Shown: positions 1 through 16,049 of the stretch, one piece after another
Numbering within the stretch: position 1 is the first letter of the stretch
Layout: every line of letters begins with the position of its first letter
The notes under the pieces: generated by a model
The model's database searches: none
Seen by the model: only the letters and a program-made list of their open reading frames with translations
Told to the model about the DNA's origin: nothing
NCBI RefSeq assembly: GCF_009914755.1
Contig: NC_060933.1
DNA length: 64,000 bases
Strand: one strand, 5' to 3'
Source of the DNA: the human T2T-CHM13v2.0 reference genome, Homo sapiens
Translations under genes and position numbers: made by a program

Positions 1-70
1 TGCCATTGCACTCCAGCCTGGGCAATAGAGCAAGACTCCGTCTAAAATAAATAAATAAATAAAGATAAAA
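1..70 (+). mobile_element. Alu 3' end with (TAAA)n tail, truncated by the window edge
   Basis: gccattgcactccagcctgggcaatagagcaagactccgtct followed by aaaataaataaataaat. Confidence 0.95.
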
Positions 71-1214
71 ATAATAATCCCTACCTCAGACCTGTCAAAT
101 TTAAATTTCTAGGATACAATTTAGGTACCTGTATTTAAAAACTAAAACTGAAGGCTTCTCAGGTATTTTGATGCTCAGTGAGGATTAAGAAAATTTTGCT
201 TAGTCCAACTCCTCCCTTTGATTCAGATAAATAAGCTAAAGTTCAAAAGACCAAAGTGATTGAAAAAGTTTACACTATGTCTTGGAGGAAGATACGGTAT
301 GAAAACCAGGGTATCAATGCTCTCAGACAGGTGTTCTTTTTAAAAATCAGCTATCTTTTCATTTTTAGAATTCTTTGTCATTAATATCTTACAGATCTAG
401 ATGTGTTTCTTTGTCCTGATTTATATTTAGAGTCTATACCTGAATAAAAAGTTATCTTCAAATTGATAGCTTTACTAAAGCACTGTTTGTATTCTGAAGT
501 GGATAGCAACATCTGAGAACTATTGCGTATGTATCTATCCCTGAACCCTACACTGACTGAAGAACATCTCAGGGTTTTACAACTTTTCTGAGGGATCTGA
601 GGCTACAGTCCAAGTTATTTTCTCCCCTACTTCAGCACTTGATAAGGCACCCTCTGACAGGGCACATTCTAATAGCCATGTCCAGAAGGGTAAGAGATCC
701 TCTTATGATTCAGCTGATTGTTTGTCTCATCAAAAGAAGGGCTACACAGTGGCAGACAATGCCATATTTTCCTAGCATGCAGACCCTGCCTTCAGCAAGC
801 AAGTCCTTTCATTGAGGTTTTCAAAGGGACAGTAAGTTATTTTAGGGAAGAGCAGCATCTTTTTGATCATTTGTGTTGGCATATACTGCCTTAATCAGGC
901 TATTTCTATGGAGGTTCTTTGATCTAGGGCACCAACTGCTTAACATCAGAAAACTCCCCAAATCCTCAAAAAAGGGTCCAAAGCAGCCTAGCTTTTTACC
1001 TTCTGTCGTATTTTTTGGTCTCTACTCAAGCACTCTGCACCATCTCTTGCTCTATTTTTGGTTTTTCTCTTTCCCTAAAAGGGTTTCTCATCCTTCATCC
1101 TATCTATGGCCTCATAAAACTCTGTAGATCCTTGAGATATCAATGGGGTTCTTCCAGAAACTTGGGGCAATCCTTCCCTCTGTCATCCGAGGGTGATGAG
1201 GTCTCTTTACTTAC

Positions 1215-1347
1215 CTCCAACTGCCTCTTCGTCTACTGTGTCAGCCAACAGGTAAGAGCTGGCTGGAACATGATGGACAGAGTATTCCAAACATAGGACA
1301 TGCCCACCTGCGACTGTTTGTCTCAAGTGACTCTGCTTACCACTACC
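1215..1347 (-). other. Candidate 133-nt non-coding exon
   Basis: Minus strand: acceptor ctttgccttcttctctgttaccAG (AG at 1349-1348) and consensus donor GAG|GTAAGT (GTAAGT at 1214-1209), in non-repetitive sequence. Confidence 0.45.
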
Positions 1348-2051
1348 CTGGTAACAGAGAAGAAGGCAAAGTAGATGTTCTTAATTTGAGGGGAAGAGCT
1401 CAGATTCTTCCTGACAATCTTTGTGATGACATTAACTGAAATGAGGGTACAGGATCAAGAATAATGAATACAAATGGCAAACAGCTGGAAGCAGAAGTCA
1501 GGTTGATAAACCAAGATTAAAAATATATTTAAGGGGGTTAAGGGAGGGATGGAGAGACTAAGATTGTAGATAAGAAATCCATGAGATGAATAAAGGACTG
1601 TAAAGCCAAGTTAAGGCCAGATCAGTAGGGGAGGCTGGAGCAGTGGCAGTTACGTTCATCAGCTGGAACAGAAAAAATCAGAAGGAGGAGTATTTGAGAT
1701 GACCTGGGACACATTGCACTGTGATCCCACCTAACCAAGATCTCTGGGACTTTTGAAGTTTTTTATGTTTACATTTTGAATCCTGAACCAATAAACTCAG
1801 AAACAGAGAGCTGCTGGCTCATCAGGCTACTGCCAGGAGGAGGCTAAACGTACTACACTTGGGGCATCTACAGATACAGGGAGTCATGGGACAGAGTTCC
1901 CTAGTGCCCTGTTAGTGTTAACTCTCATAATTGCCCAATTTTCTCTCTGCTTTTCTTAGATCAAATTAGTACAGTGCTGGCTTTATTTAAAAATTGGGAA
2001 GCTTTACTTTTTTCTCTATGAAAAGTGGTAGTGTTAGGATGCTATGGTATT

Positions 2052-2452
2052 TTTCATGCACGTCTGTGTGAAGAGACCACCAAACAGGCTTTGTGTGAGC
2101 AACAAGGCTGTTTATTTCACCTGGGTGCAGGCGGGCTGAGTCCGAAAAGAGAGTCAGCGAAGGGAGATAGGAGTGGGGCCGTTTTATAAGATTTGGGTAG
2201 GTAAAGGAAAAAGGGGTGTTGTTCTCTGGCGGGCAGGAGTGGGGGCCACAAGGTGCTCAATAGGGGAGCTTTTGAGCCAGGATGAGCCAGAAGGAATTTC
2301 ACAAGATAATGTCATCAGTGAAGGCAGGAACAGGTCATTTTCACTTCTTTTGTGGTGGAATATCATCAGTTAAGGCAGGAACTGGCCATCCGGATGTGTA
2401 CGTGCAGGTCACAGGGGATATGATGGCTTAGCTTAGGCTCAGAGGCCTGACA
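2052..2452 (-). repeat. 3' LTR7-family LTR (401 bp)
   Basis: Direct repeat of 7098-7502; about 18 substitutions and 2 indels by manual alignment. Confidence 0.95.
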
Positions 2453-5400
2453 TTCCTGTCTTCTTATATTAATAAGAAAAATAAAATGAAATAGTGGTAA
2501 AATGTTGGGATGGTGAAAATTTTTTGGGGGTGGTATGGAGAGATAATGGGCGATGTTTCTCAGGTCTGCTTCAAGCCGGATTAGGGGTGAGCGTGGGAAC
2601 CTAGAGTGGGAGAGATTAAGCTGAAGGAAGATTTTGTGGTAAGGGGTGATATTGTGGGGTTGTTAGAAGAAACATTTGTCATTTAGAATTATTGGAAGGA
2701 GGTTCAGCATAGCCTTGCCAGCAAAGATTGTTTATTTACTTTAAGAGTTAAGAGTGGCGGTTTGGGGATAGCACCAGGAGATATCAGCTGTGATGGTTTG
2801 GAGAAACAGTGTAAACTGGCAGTGTAAACAAGAGCAGGGCGTGTATGAGTAGTTGAGAACGGTGAATAGGAGTATGACTAGACAGAAGATAGTAGGGATG
2901 GCAGGTTTTTTGGGGTACAGTCCAGGTTGGTCTGGTGTCTGGAATGAGACTGGGGCCTAATAAAAAGGAGCGTCTATACAGGAGCTCAAATGGGCTGTAC
3001 CTTGTAGCATTCCAAGAACAGGCCTGAATTCTGAGAAGGGAAAGTGGTAAAAGTATTGTCCAGTCCTTTTTAAGTTGGTGGCTGAGCTTGATAAGGTGTG
3101 TTTTTAAAAGACCATTAGTCTGTTCTACCTTTCCTGAAGACTGAGGACTGTAAGGGATATAAAGGTTTCACTGAATACCAAGAGCCTGAAAAACTGCTTG
3201 GCTGATTTGACTGATAAAGGCTGGTTTGTTATCAGACTGTATAGAGGTGGGAAGGCCAAACCGAGGAATTATGTCTGACAGAAGGGAAGAAATGACCATG
3301 GTGGCCTTCTTAGACCCTGTGGGAAAGGCCTCTACCTATCCAGTGAAAGTGTCTAGCTAGACCAAGAGGTATTTTAGTTTCCTGACTCGGGGCATGTTGA
3401 GTAAAGCTAATTTGCCAGTCCTGGGCGGAGGCAAATCCCTGAGCTTGATGTGTAGGGAAGGGAGGGGGCCTGAATAATCCCTGGGAAGTAGTAGAATAGC
3501 AAATTTGCCAGTCCTGGGCGGGAGCAAATCCCTGAGCTTGATGTGTAGGGAAGGGAAGGGGCCTGAATAATCCCTGAGGAGTAGTAGAATAGCAGATGGA
3601 ACACTGAGAAGTTATTTCCTTGAGGATAGATTTCCACGATGGAAAGGAAATGAGAGGTTCTAACAGGCGGGCTAGTGGCTTGTGCTATAGCATAGCCTGC
3701 CTTTGCTGGTGTGTGGCGATTAGGCCTGGTGGAACCGCCATCAATAAACCAAGTGTGATCAGGGTGAGAAACAGGGAAGAAGGAAATGTGGGGAAATGGG
3801 GTGAATGTCAGGTGGATCAGAGAGATGCAGTCATGAGGGTCAGATGTGGTATCAGGAATAATGTGGGAGGCCGGATTGAAGTCCGGGCCAGGAACAATGG
3901 TAATTGTGGGAGACTCAACAAAGAGTGAATACAGCTGAAGGAGCTGCGGAGCAGACTGTATATGCATCAGGTGTGAGGAAGAAAATAGATTTTGGAAATT
4001 ATGAGAGCTGTAGAGAGTGAGTTGAGCATAGTTTGTGATTTTAAGGGCCTCTAAAAGTATTAGGGCGGCAGCAGCCGCTGCACGGAGACATGATGGTCAG
4101 CCTAAAACAGTAAGGTCAAGTTGTTTGGACAGAAAGGCTACAGGGTGCGGTCCCGGCTCTTTTGTAATAATTCTGACCGCACTAACCATGCCTAGGAAGG
4201 AAAGGAGTTGTTTTGTAAGGGATTGAGGTTTGGGAGATTAGTCGGACACGATCAGCAGGGAGAGCACGTGTGTTTTTATGAGAATTATGCCGAGATAGGT
4301 AACAGATGAGGATGAAATTTGGGCTTGACTGAAGTAATGGGGGCTGTCTGTGAAGCTTTGCGGCAGTACAGCCCAGGTAATTTGCTGAGCCTAATGGGTG
4401 TCAGGGTCAGTCCAAGTGAAAGCGAAGAGAGGCCGGGATGAAGGGTGCAAAGGAATAGTAAAGAAAGCATGTTCGAGATCCAGAACAGAATAATGGGTTG
4501 TAGAGGGAGGTATTGAGGATAGGAGAGTATATGGGTTTGGCACCACAGGGTGGATAGGCAAAACAATTTGGTTGATAAGGTGCAGATCCTGAACTAACCT
4601 GTAAGTCTTGTCTGGTTTTAGGACAGGTAAAATGGGGGAATTTTAAGGAGAGTTTATAGGCTTTAAAAGGCCATGCTGTAACAGGCGAATGATAACAGGC
4701 TCTAATCCTTTTAAAGCGTGCTGTGAGATGGGATATTGGCATTGAGTGGGGTAAGAGTGATTAGGTTTTAATGGGATGGTAAGTGGTGCATGATCGGTTG
4801 CTAAGGAGGGAGTAGAGGTGTCTTACACTTGTGGGTTAAGGTGGGGAGATAGAAGGGGAGGAAGTGAAGGAGGCTTTGAACTGGGGGAGAAGGCGGCAAT
4901 GAGGTGTGGCTGTAGCCCAGGTGTAGTCAAGGAACAGATAATTTAGTTAAAGTGTCTCAGCCTAATAAGGGAACTGGGCAGGTGGGGATAATTAAAAAAG
5001 AGTGCATAAAAGAATGTTTTCTAAGTTGGCACCAGAGTTGGGGAGTTTTAAGGGGTTTAGAAGCCTGGTCGTCAATACCCACAACAGTTACAGAGGCAAG
5101 GGAAACAGGCCCTTGAAAAGAAGGTAATGTGGAGTGGGTAGCCTCCGTATTAAGAAGGGGACGGACTTACCCTCCACTCTGAGAGTTACCTGAAGCTCGG
5201 TGTCTGTGATGGTCTACAGGGCTTCTGAGGCGATCAGGCAGCGTCAGTGTTCAGCCGCTAAGCCGAGAAGATCTGGGAAGGAGTCAATCAGAGAGCCTTG
5301 GGCCAGAGTTCCAGGGGCTCTGGGAGTGGCTGCCAGGTGAGTTGAACAGTCTGATTTTCAGTGGGGTCCAGCACAGATGGGATGCAGCTTAGGAGGAATC

Positions 5401-6949
5401 ATGGGCTGCCGGTATTCCGTGGCCTGGTGGCCAGATTTCTGGCACTTGTAGCAAGCTCCTGGGGGAGGCGGGCCTGGAGGAACACCTGTGCCCTGCGGTT
5501 TAGGCGTTTGGAAGTTCTTGTGTGCTGGAGATGTGGCTGGGGTTTGTCTCACAGTGGAGGCAAGGAATTGTATACCTTGAAGGGGAGGTTAATTAAGTCC
5601 TGTTGTGGGGTTTGAGGGCTGGAATTTAATTTTTGGAGTTTTATTTAATGTCAGGAGCAGATTGGGTAGTAAAATGTATATTGAGAATAAGATGGTTTTT
5701 TGACTTTTTAGGGTCTAGGACTGTAAAGCGTCTCAGTGTTGCAACCAAACGAGTCATGAACTGGACTGGGTATTAATATTTGATGAAAAAGAGCCTAAAT
5801 GCTATCTGATTTGGGATAAAGAAAAAGAGCATTAACCTTGACTATGCCTTTAGCTCCAGCCACCTTTTTAAGAGGATATTGCTGGGCAGGTGGGGGAGGG
5901 CTAGTCACCGAACGAAACTGTAAGCCGGACTGGGTGTGAGGAGGGGAGGTGATAAAAGGATTATAGGGTGGAGGAGCGGAGGCTGAGGAATAATTGGGAC
6001 CTAGCTCGGCCTGGCGAGGAGGGGAGAGGTCAGATGGGTCTGTAGAAAAGGAAGATTAGAAGGACTCAGCGATGCTTGGGGTTGGGACTGAGGGGACAGG
6101 TGGGAGGGAAAGAAGGAAGATTTCGGACGATTTGCATTGGGAACAGAGACTAGGGAGGAACTGATGTGTAAAAGAATGCCTGGACGTCAGGCACCTCAGA
6201 CCATTTGCCCATTTTATGACAAGAATTATTTAGATCTTGTAGGATGGAAAAAGTGAAAGTGCCATTTTCTGGCTATTTGGAACCACTGTCGAGTTTGTAT
6301 TGGGGTCAAGCGGCATTGTAGAATAAAATAAGGCATTTAGGTTTTAGGTCAGGTGTGAGTTGAAGAGGTTTTAGGTTTTTAAGAACACAGGCTAAGGGAG
6401 AAGAAGGGGGAATGGAGGGTGGAAGCTTGCCCATAGTGAAGGAGGCAAGCCTAGAGAAAAGAGAGAGTAGAGACATGGAGAGAAGGGATGGGGGGTTCTT
6501 GCCCTCCAGAAAAGCAGGAAAGGGGTTGGGGCATGGAAATAAAGGGTCGGGGTGCAGAAATAAGAGGTCGGGGCATGGAAATAAGGGATCGGGGTGCAGA
6601 GATAAGAGGTTGGGGTTCCTGCCCCTCCCCCAGAAAAGCAGGACTTGCCACTAAGGGTAAAGGACCAAGGCAGGCGTCCCTGCGTGGTCTGACACCTCTG
6701 AAACCTGGGTGAATAATCAGAGAGGTGTCCCTGCAATGATTAAACACCAAGGGAAGGCTGCCTTCCCTAGTCTGTGACAGGCACCGGAGTTTTGGGTCCA
6801 CGGATAAAACATGTCTCCTTTGTTTCTACCAGAAAATGAAAGGAATTGAAATTAAGAGAAGGGAGAGATTGAAGTGTGGCGCCAAGATTGAAAGGAGAAA
6901 GAGGTTAAGGGATAGTGAGGGAGGTTGGAGAAGAGAGTAAAAAGAGGCC

Positions 6950-6958
6950 GCTTACCGG
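6950..6958 (-). promoter_or_regulatory. HERV-H leader splice donor
   Basis: CCG|GTAAGC about 140 nt downstream of the 5' LTR, where the HERV-H major donor lies. Confidence 0.75.
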
Positions 6959-7077
6959 ATTTGAAATTGGTGAGATGTTTCTTGGGCTGCTGGGTCTGAG
7001 GACCTGAGGTCGTAGGTGGATCTTTCTCACGGAGCAAAAAGCAGGAGGACAGGGGATCTCCCAAGGGAGGTCCCCTG

Positions 7078-7095
7078 ATCCGAGTCATGGCACCA
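7078..7095 (-). other. Primer-binding site for tRNA-His
   Basis: TGGTGCCATGACTCGGAT, one mismatch to the canonical TGGTGCCGTGACTCGGAT, 2 nt after the 5' LTR. Confidence 0.9.
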
Positions 7096-7097
7096 AA

Positions 7098-7502
7098 TTT
7101 CATGTGCGTCCGTGTGAAGAGACCACCAAACAGGCTTCATGTGAGCAACAAGGCTGTTTATTTCACCTGGGTGCAGGTGGGCTGAGTCGGAAAAGGGAGT
7201 CAGCAAAGGGAGATAGGGGTGGGGCCGTTTTTATAAGATTTGGGTAGGTAAAGGAAAAAGGGGTGTTGTTCTCTGGCGGGCAGGAGTGGGGGTCACAAGG
7301 TGCTCAGTAGGGGAGCTTTTGAGCCAGGATGAGCCAGGAGAAGGAATTTCACAAGATAATGTCATCAGTGAAGGCAGGAACAGGCCATTTTCACTTCTTT
7401 TGTGGTGGAATGTCATCAGTTAAGGCAGGAACCAGCCATCTGGATGTGTACGTGCAGGTCACAGGGGATATGATGGCTTAGCTTGGGCTCAGAGGCCTGA
7501 CA
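7098..7502 (-). promoter_or_regulatory. 5' LTR7-family LTR (405 bp)
   Basis: Minus strand begins TGTCAGGCCTCTGAGCCCAAGCTAAGCC and ends CATGAAA; TATAA and AATAAA present; PBS follows. Confidence 0.95.
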
Positions 7503-8354
7503 GTATTAGTATTGATTTGTAACCACAGTCAATGGCAAAAATGAACTTTCTGTGTAAATGCATCTCCTTGCTGCCCCCTTACAACAAGGTTCCTGCTCCT
7601 AACTTCCTCTAAAAACAAAACAAACAAACAAAAAACTCACAAGCTGCCAATATCCACCTTTAAAAACAGTTCAATGGCATATGACTTATCTTTAAAGAAT
7701 TCTTATGCTTCTGGTTAATGATGTCATACTAAACTCATGCATCTAATTTCACTCCCTCCATAAACTCTACTAAAATAAAAAAGACATAAAACCCAAAAGG
7801 ACAGAGAAGAGAGGCAAACAAATAATAACAACAAAGTTTGGAAACTGGAAACCAGATGGATGCACCAGCGATGACCAACACTGCCCTCAGCTTGACCAAA
7901 CTTTAGATAGATATCTTCCTGACTATAGGCCCCTGGCTTCCCTTTTCTTTACATTTGCATTCGAGAACTGACAATTGTAATTTTTTTCTGGGCTCTTTTG
8001 AGATGTAAATATTCTCCCAGACTCTTGATAGTTTTATAGCCCAGGAATGTCTTTCTCAAGGACGTGGGAGCTATCTCTTGGAAATGTGATCAAGAAAGTT
8101 TAGATAGGTTCCAGTTTCATTCTTCTGTGTGTGGATAGCCAGTTTTGCCAGCACCATTTATTGAATAGGGTATCCTTTCCCCATTTATTTTTGTTGACTT
8201 TGTCAAAGATCAGTTGGTTGTTAAGTATGTGGCTTTATTTCCGGGTTCTCTATTCTGTTCCACTGATCTATATGTCTATTTTTGTAATAGTACCATGCTG
8301 TTTTCATTACTATAATCTCATAGTATAGTTTGAAGTCAGGTAATGTGATGCTTC

Positions 8355-8836
8355 TGTAGCAGGACAAGCCACAGATAAAACCTCTCAGACACCAAGTTGT
8401 AGAAGGAAGGGCTTTATTCAGCTGGGAGCATCAGCAAGCTACTGCCTTAAAATCCGAGCTCCCCAAATGCACAATTTCTGTCCCTTTTAAGGGCTCACAA
8501 CACTAAACATTTCACATGAAAGGGTCGTGATTGATTTAAGCAATCAGGTGGTACGTCACAGGGGCTGCATGCACCGGTGGTCAGAGAGAAACAGAACAGG
8601 GCAGGGAGTTTCACAATGTTCTGCTATACAATGTCTGGAATCTATGAATAACATCAGGTTCTAAGTCATGAGTTGATTTTTAACTACTGGGTTTAGGCCA
8701 GGCAGGCCCAGGCCTGGTTTCGGGCCTGGGGCCGAGCTGCCTGTCTTTGGGTTAACTTTCTTGCTGTTTTTTCTTAAAACAGGTACTGAGTATAAAACAA
8801 TATAAAACAATATGAGAGGGTCTCTCTCTTCCCTCA
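8355..8836 (-). mobile_element. Solo LTR, LTR15-like (ERV1)
   Basis: TG...CA termini (TGAGGGAAGAGAGAGACCCTCTCATATTG...CCTGCTACA); 4-bp TSD CTTC at 8351-8354 and 8837-8840. Confidence 0.85.
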
Positions 8837-9057
8837 CTTCCAGCCTTACTCTTTTGCTTCAGGTTACCTTGGCTATTTGGGCTCTTTTTTGGTTCTATAT
8901 GAATTTTAGAAGTTTTTTTCTAATTTTGTGAAAAATGATGGTAATTTGATAGGAACTGCATCAAATCTGTAGATTGCTTTGGGCAGTATATTCATTTTAA
9001 TGTTATTGGTTCTTCCTATCCATGAGCACAGGATGTTTTTCCATTGGTTTGTGTCAT

Positions 9058-9637
9058 TGAAATGGCCTCATTTCCTGGGCTGGCATCTGAAATTCTTGGA
9101 ATCATGGCTGAGGAAATCAAAGATGCGGACACACCAAGGATAAGGTCAGAGCAGAAGCACAAGGTTAATAGGCAAAAGGAAGAGAACAGCTCTCTGCAGC
9201 AGAGAAGGGTCCTGGAAAGGGTTGCCATTTTTACAGTTGAATGCAAAGGCTTTTATAAGAAAGTGATGAGGGCTGGGCATCTCATTTGCATAAGGTGCGA
9301 ATTTCTGGTAGCTCCACCCTGTCCTCCTAATGTCCATGTGGGCCCTTAGCTTGAGTTACTCCATATTGCTTTGTACCTCTTACTGTGCATGTGTCGGGGG
9401 ATGGAATTTTCCATTGTGGGCATGTCTATGCAAGTCACCTGTGTAGCCTTTCTTATCTGTGCAGCTGTGGGCATGTCTCAGGCAAGCCCACCCCCAACAG
9501 CCCCCCAGTCCCCCTGCCCCTGCCCGGTACAAGTTCCCTTATCTGTGCCTGCAGGCTGTTCTTTAGTTTGAAATAATTCAACCGAGGACCCACCCTGACT
9601 GCCTGCCTGACTGGGTTTCTTCCTTTCTTCTCTCTCA
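9058..9637 (-). mobile_element. Solo ERV1 LTR (580 bp; subfamily uncertain)
   Basis: TGAGAGAGAAGAAAGG...CCATTTCA termini; 4-bp TSD TCAT at 9054-9057 and 9638-9641; host L1 rejoins cleanly. Confidence 0.85.
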
Positions 9638-10453
9638 TCATCTATGATTTCTTTCATAAGTGTTTTGTAGTTGTCCTTATAGAAGTCTTTCACTTCCTTG
9701 GTTAAATGTATTTCTAGGTATCTTACTTTGTGTGTGTTTGTGGCTATTGTAAATGGAATTGGGTTCTTGATTTTGTTCTCAGCTACAGTGTTGTTGGTGT
9801 ATAGAGATGCAACTGATTTTTTGTGCTTTAATTTTGTATCCTGAAACTTTACTGAAGTCGCTTATCAGATCGGTGAGTCTTTTGGAGTAATGTTTAGGTT
9901 TTCTAGGTGTAAGATCATGTCATCAGTGAACAGAGATAATATGACTTCTTCCTTTCCAATTTGGATACCTTTTGTTAATTTTTCTTGCCTGATTGCTCTG
10001 GCTAGGACTTCTACTACTATGTTGAATAGGAGTGGTGAGAAAAGACATCTTTGTCATATTATGCAGCCATAGAAAAGAATGAAATCATGTCCTTTGCAGC
10101 AACATGGATGGATCCTAAGTGACATAATTCAGATACAGAAAATCAAATACCACATATTCTCACTTATAAGTAGGACCTAAACAATGGGTATACATGAGCA
10201 TAGAGATGGAAATAACAGACACTGGAGACTCCAAAAGCAGGGAGACAAGAGTTGAAAAACTACCTATAGGGTACAATGTTCACTATTTGGATGACCAGTT
10301 CACTAGAAGCCCAAAGTTCAACATTGTGCAATATACCCATGTGACAAACCTGCACATGTACCCCCTGAATCTAAAGTTAAAAAAAATACAAAGATAGTAC
10401 ACCTATCTCTCGGTCTCTGTGGGAAGGTAGGGGCCTGACTTTCAAAAGCGTCC

Positions 10454-12374
<1,921 letters not shown>

Positions 12375-13189
12375 TCACATTGACCAACCTCCCTGCTAAC
12401 ACCCTCCAGTAGTTTTCTACTAGCTCACCCCAGCTCTTAAAAGTCCTCCTGCCTTTTGATTCAGCAGAGTTGAGTTTACTCTGTCTCCCCTATTACAGTA
12501 GTCTTGACTCCTACGGAAATCATGTTAAATAAAGTCTTCCTTGCCTGTTCAACTCTGTGCAGGGCAATTTTTCTTTGACAGTTCACTGAGTTAGCAGATG
12601 CATGAAAACTAAATCCTAAGCTGGCAGTAGATAAAATAGAGGAAACAATCTGATCAACACCAAAAAATCCTCAAAAGGCCCAGAAACCGGCATCCTTTGG
12701 TGCCTCTCGACTTGAGAGTGAAAGGGAAATAAACTAAGAAGAAAGAGATGATAGCTATTTCAGAAGAATTTGGATCCCTAATTTCCCCCTTTTCACTGCA
12801 CACTGCTCAAATATTGTCCCTCTCCTATCCCAACGGAAGTTGGGAGATTTACTTTCTGAATAAGTTTGGGTCTTGGGGTGGCCATATACAGCTAAGATTA
12901 GTGAATCATATCAAAAATAAGAGAATTACATAACAACGTATGCATACCAAATGCTGAATGCTGAAATGCACAGCCCTTTATCTACATTAAGCTGCCAAGC
13001 CTCCACCTTAAATACAGAATATTAAAAGAATTTTCTTGGAGTTTGGCTAGCCCAAGAGAAAAGAACTAAAGATACTGACATTGAGGGGTTTCTTCCCCAA
13101 ATTGTGCTTCCCAGCCAGATCACCCTGTGGTGAAACTCAAAGAAGACAGCTCCATCTACAAGCACAGAGCTTCCCATCAGTTTCCACAA

Positions 13190-14970
<1,781 letters not shown>

Positions 14971-14974
14971 TACC

Positions 14975-15305
14975 TGGAAACTTGCCATTGGAACCCAGTT
15001 GTCATGTTGTGAGAAGGCCTAGGCTACAGGGAGAGGCCATGGGAAAGTATTCTAGTTGACTGTCCCAGCTAACTTCCTACCCATAAGGTCTAACACTCAA
15101 CATCAACAACCAGAGATCTGATTAAACAAGAGAACAGATGGTTCAGTCTCCATCCTCTTAGCCGTCGAGGAGACATCACATGGAGTAGAGATGAGGTATC
15201 CAAACCAGTTCTGCCCAAACTGAAAGTGAGTAAAATAAATGCAGTTGTTATTTAAAGCCATTAAGTTTTGGAGTGGTTTGTTACACAACCACAGGTAACT
15301 GGTAC
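14975..15305 (+). mobile_element. MLT1-type (MaLR) LTR 3' part
   Basis: Typical MLT1 3' end: aaataaatgcagttgttatttaaagccattaagttttggagtggtttgttacacaacc. Confidence 0.6.
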
Positions 15306-15760
15306 CGATTTTGGTTATCATAATCATAATTTTCTTTTTTCAACTTTTGTTAGCCTCATAAAATGAGGTGGCAGCTATTTCCTTTTTGTTTACTGTCTGT
15401 AGAATTTGTGTAAGATTAAATGGAATCTTTCTACAATGTATGCATAGATCAAAACATTACATTGTAGCTCATAAATATATAAAGTTGTCAATTAAAAATA
15501 ATGAATAAATTAAAATTTTACTTAGATTAAAATTTTTTTAAATTTAATTTTTTTTAAATGATGAGGGAATTAAACAGTGAAACCATCTAACCTTGAATTT
15601 TTCTTTGTGGTTAGTTGTTGATATTGATTTCGTTAATAAATATAGGAATATTCAGCTTTCTGTCTCAAATTACAATATCTGCACTAGGTTTTAAAAGCTC
15701 TATTTTTCAAGAATTTTGTTATCAAATTTGTTAGTAAACATATTTTTCAAAATAGCCTCT

Positions 15761-16032
<272 letters not shown>

Positions 16033-16049
16033 CAAAATATCCTCTTCTT

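Larger units (their letters stand above)
2052..7502 (-). mobile_element. HERV-H provirus (internally deleted, about 5.45 kb, non-coding)
   Basis: Two LTRs (2052-2452, 7098-7502); 5-bp TSD GTATT at 2047-2051 and 7503-7507; tRNA-His PBS; polypurine tract next to the 3' LTR; remnants of a gag zinc knuckle (CYKCQKSGH), RNase H (WFIDGGS) and integrase, with stops and frameshifts. Confidence 0.97.
8099..10393. mobile_element. L1 (L1PB/L1MA age) with inverted ORF2 segment (-) joined to a + strand 3' end and A tail
   Basis: Minus-strand ORF2 sequence 8099 to about 10055, then a + strand L1 3' end (gcagccatagaaaagaatgaaatcatg ... ccctgaatctaaagttaaaaaaa). Confidence 0.75.

Noticed and set aside
3407-3967. 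186-aa ORF with an internal repeat
   Set aside because: HERV-H pol remnant that shifts out of the integrase frame; the repeat reflects the 93-bp DNA duplication.
6520-6620. About 21-bp tandem repeats resembling an array
   Set aside because: No unique spacers, so not CRISPR; lies in the HERV-H leader, where such repeats are usual.
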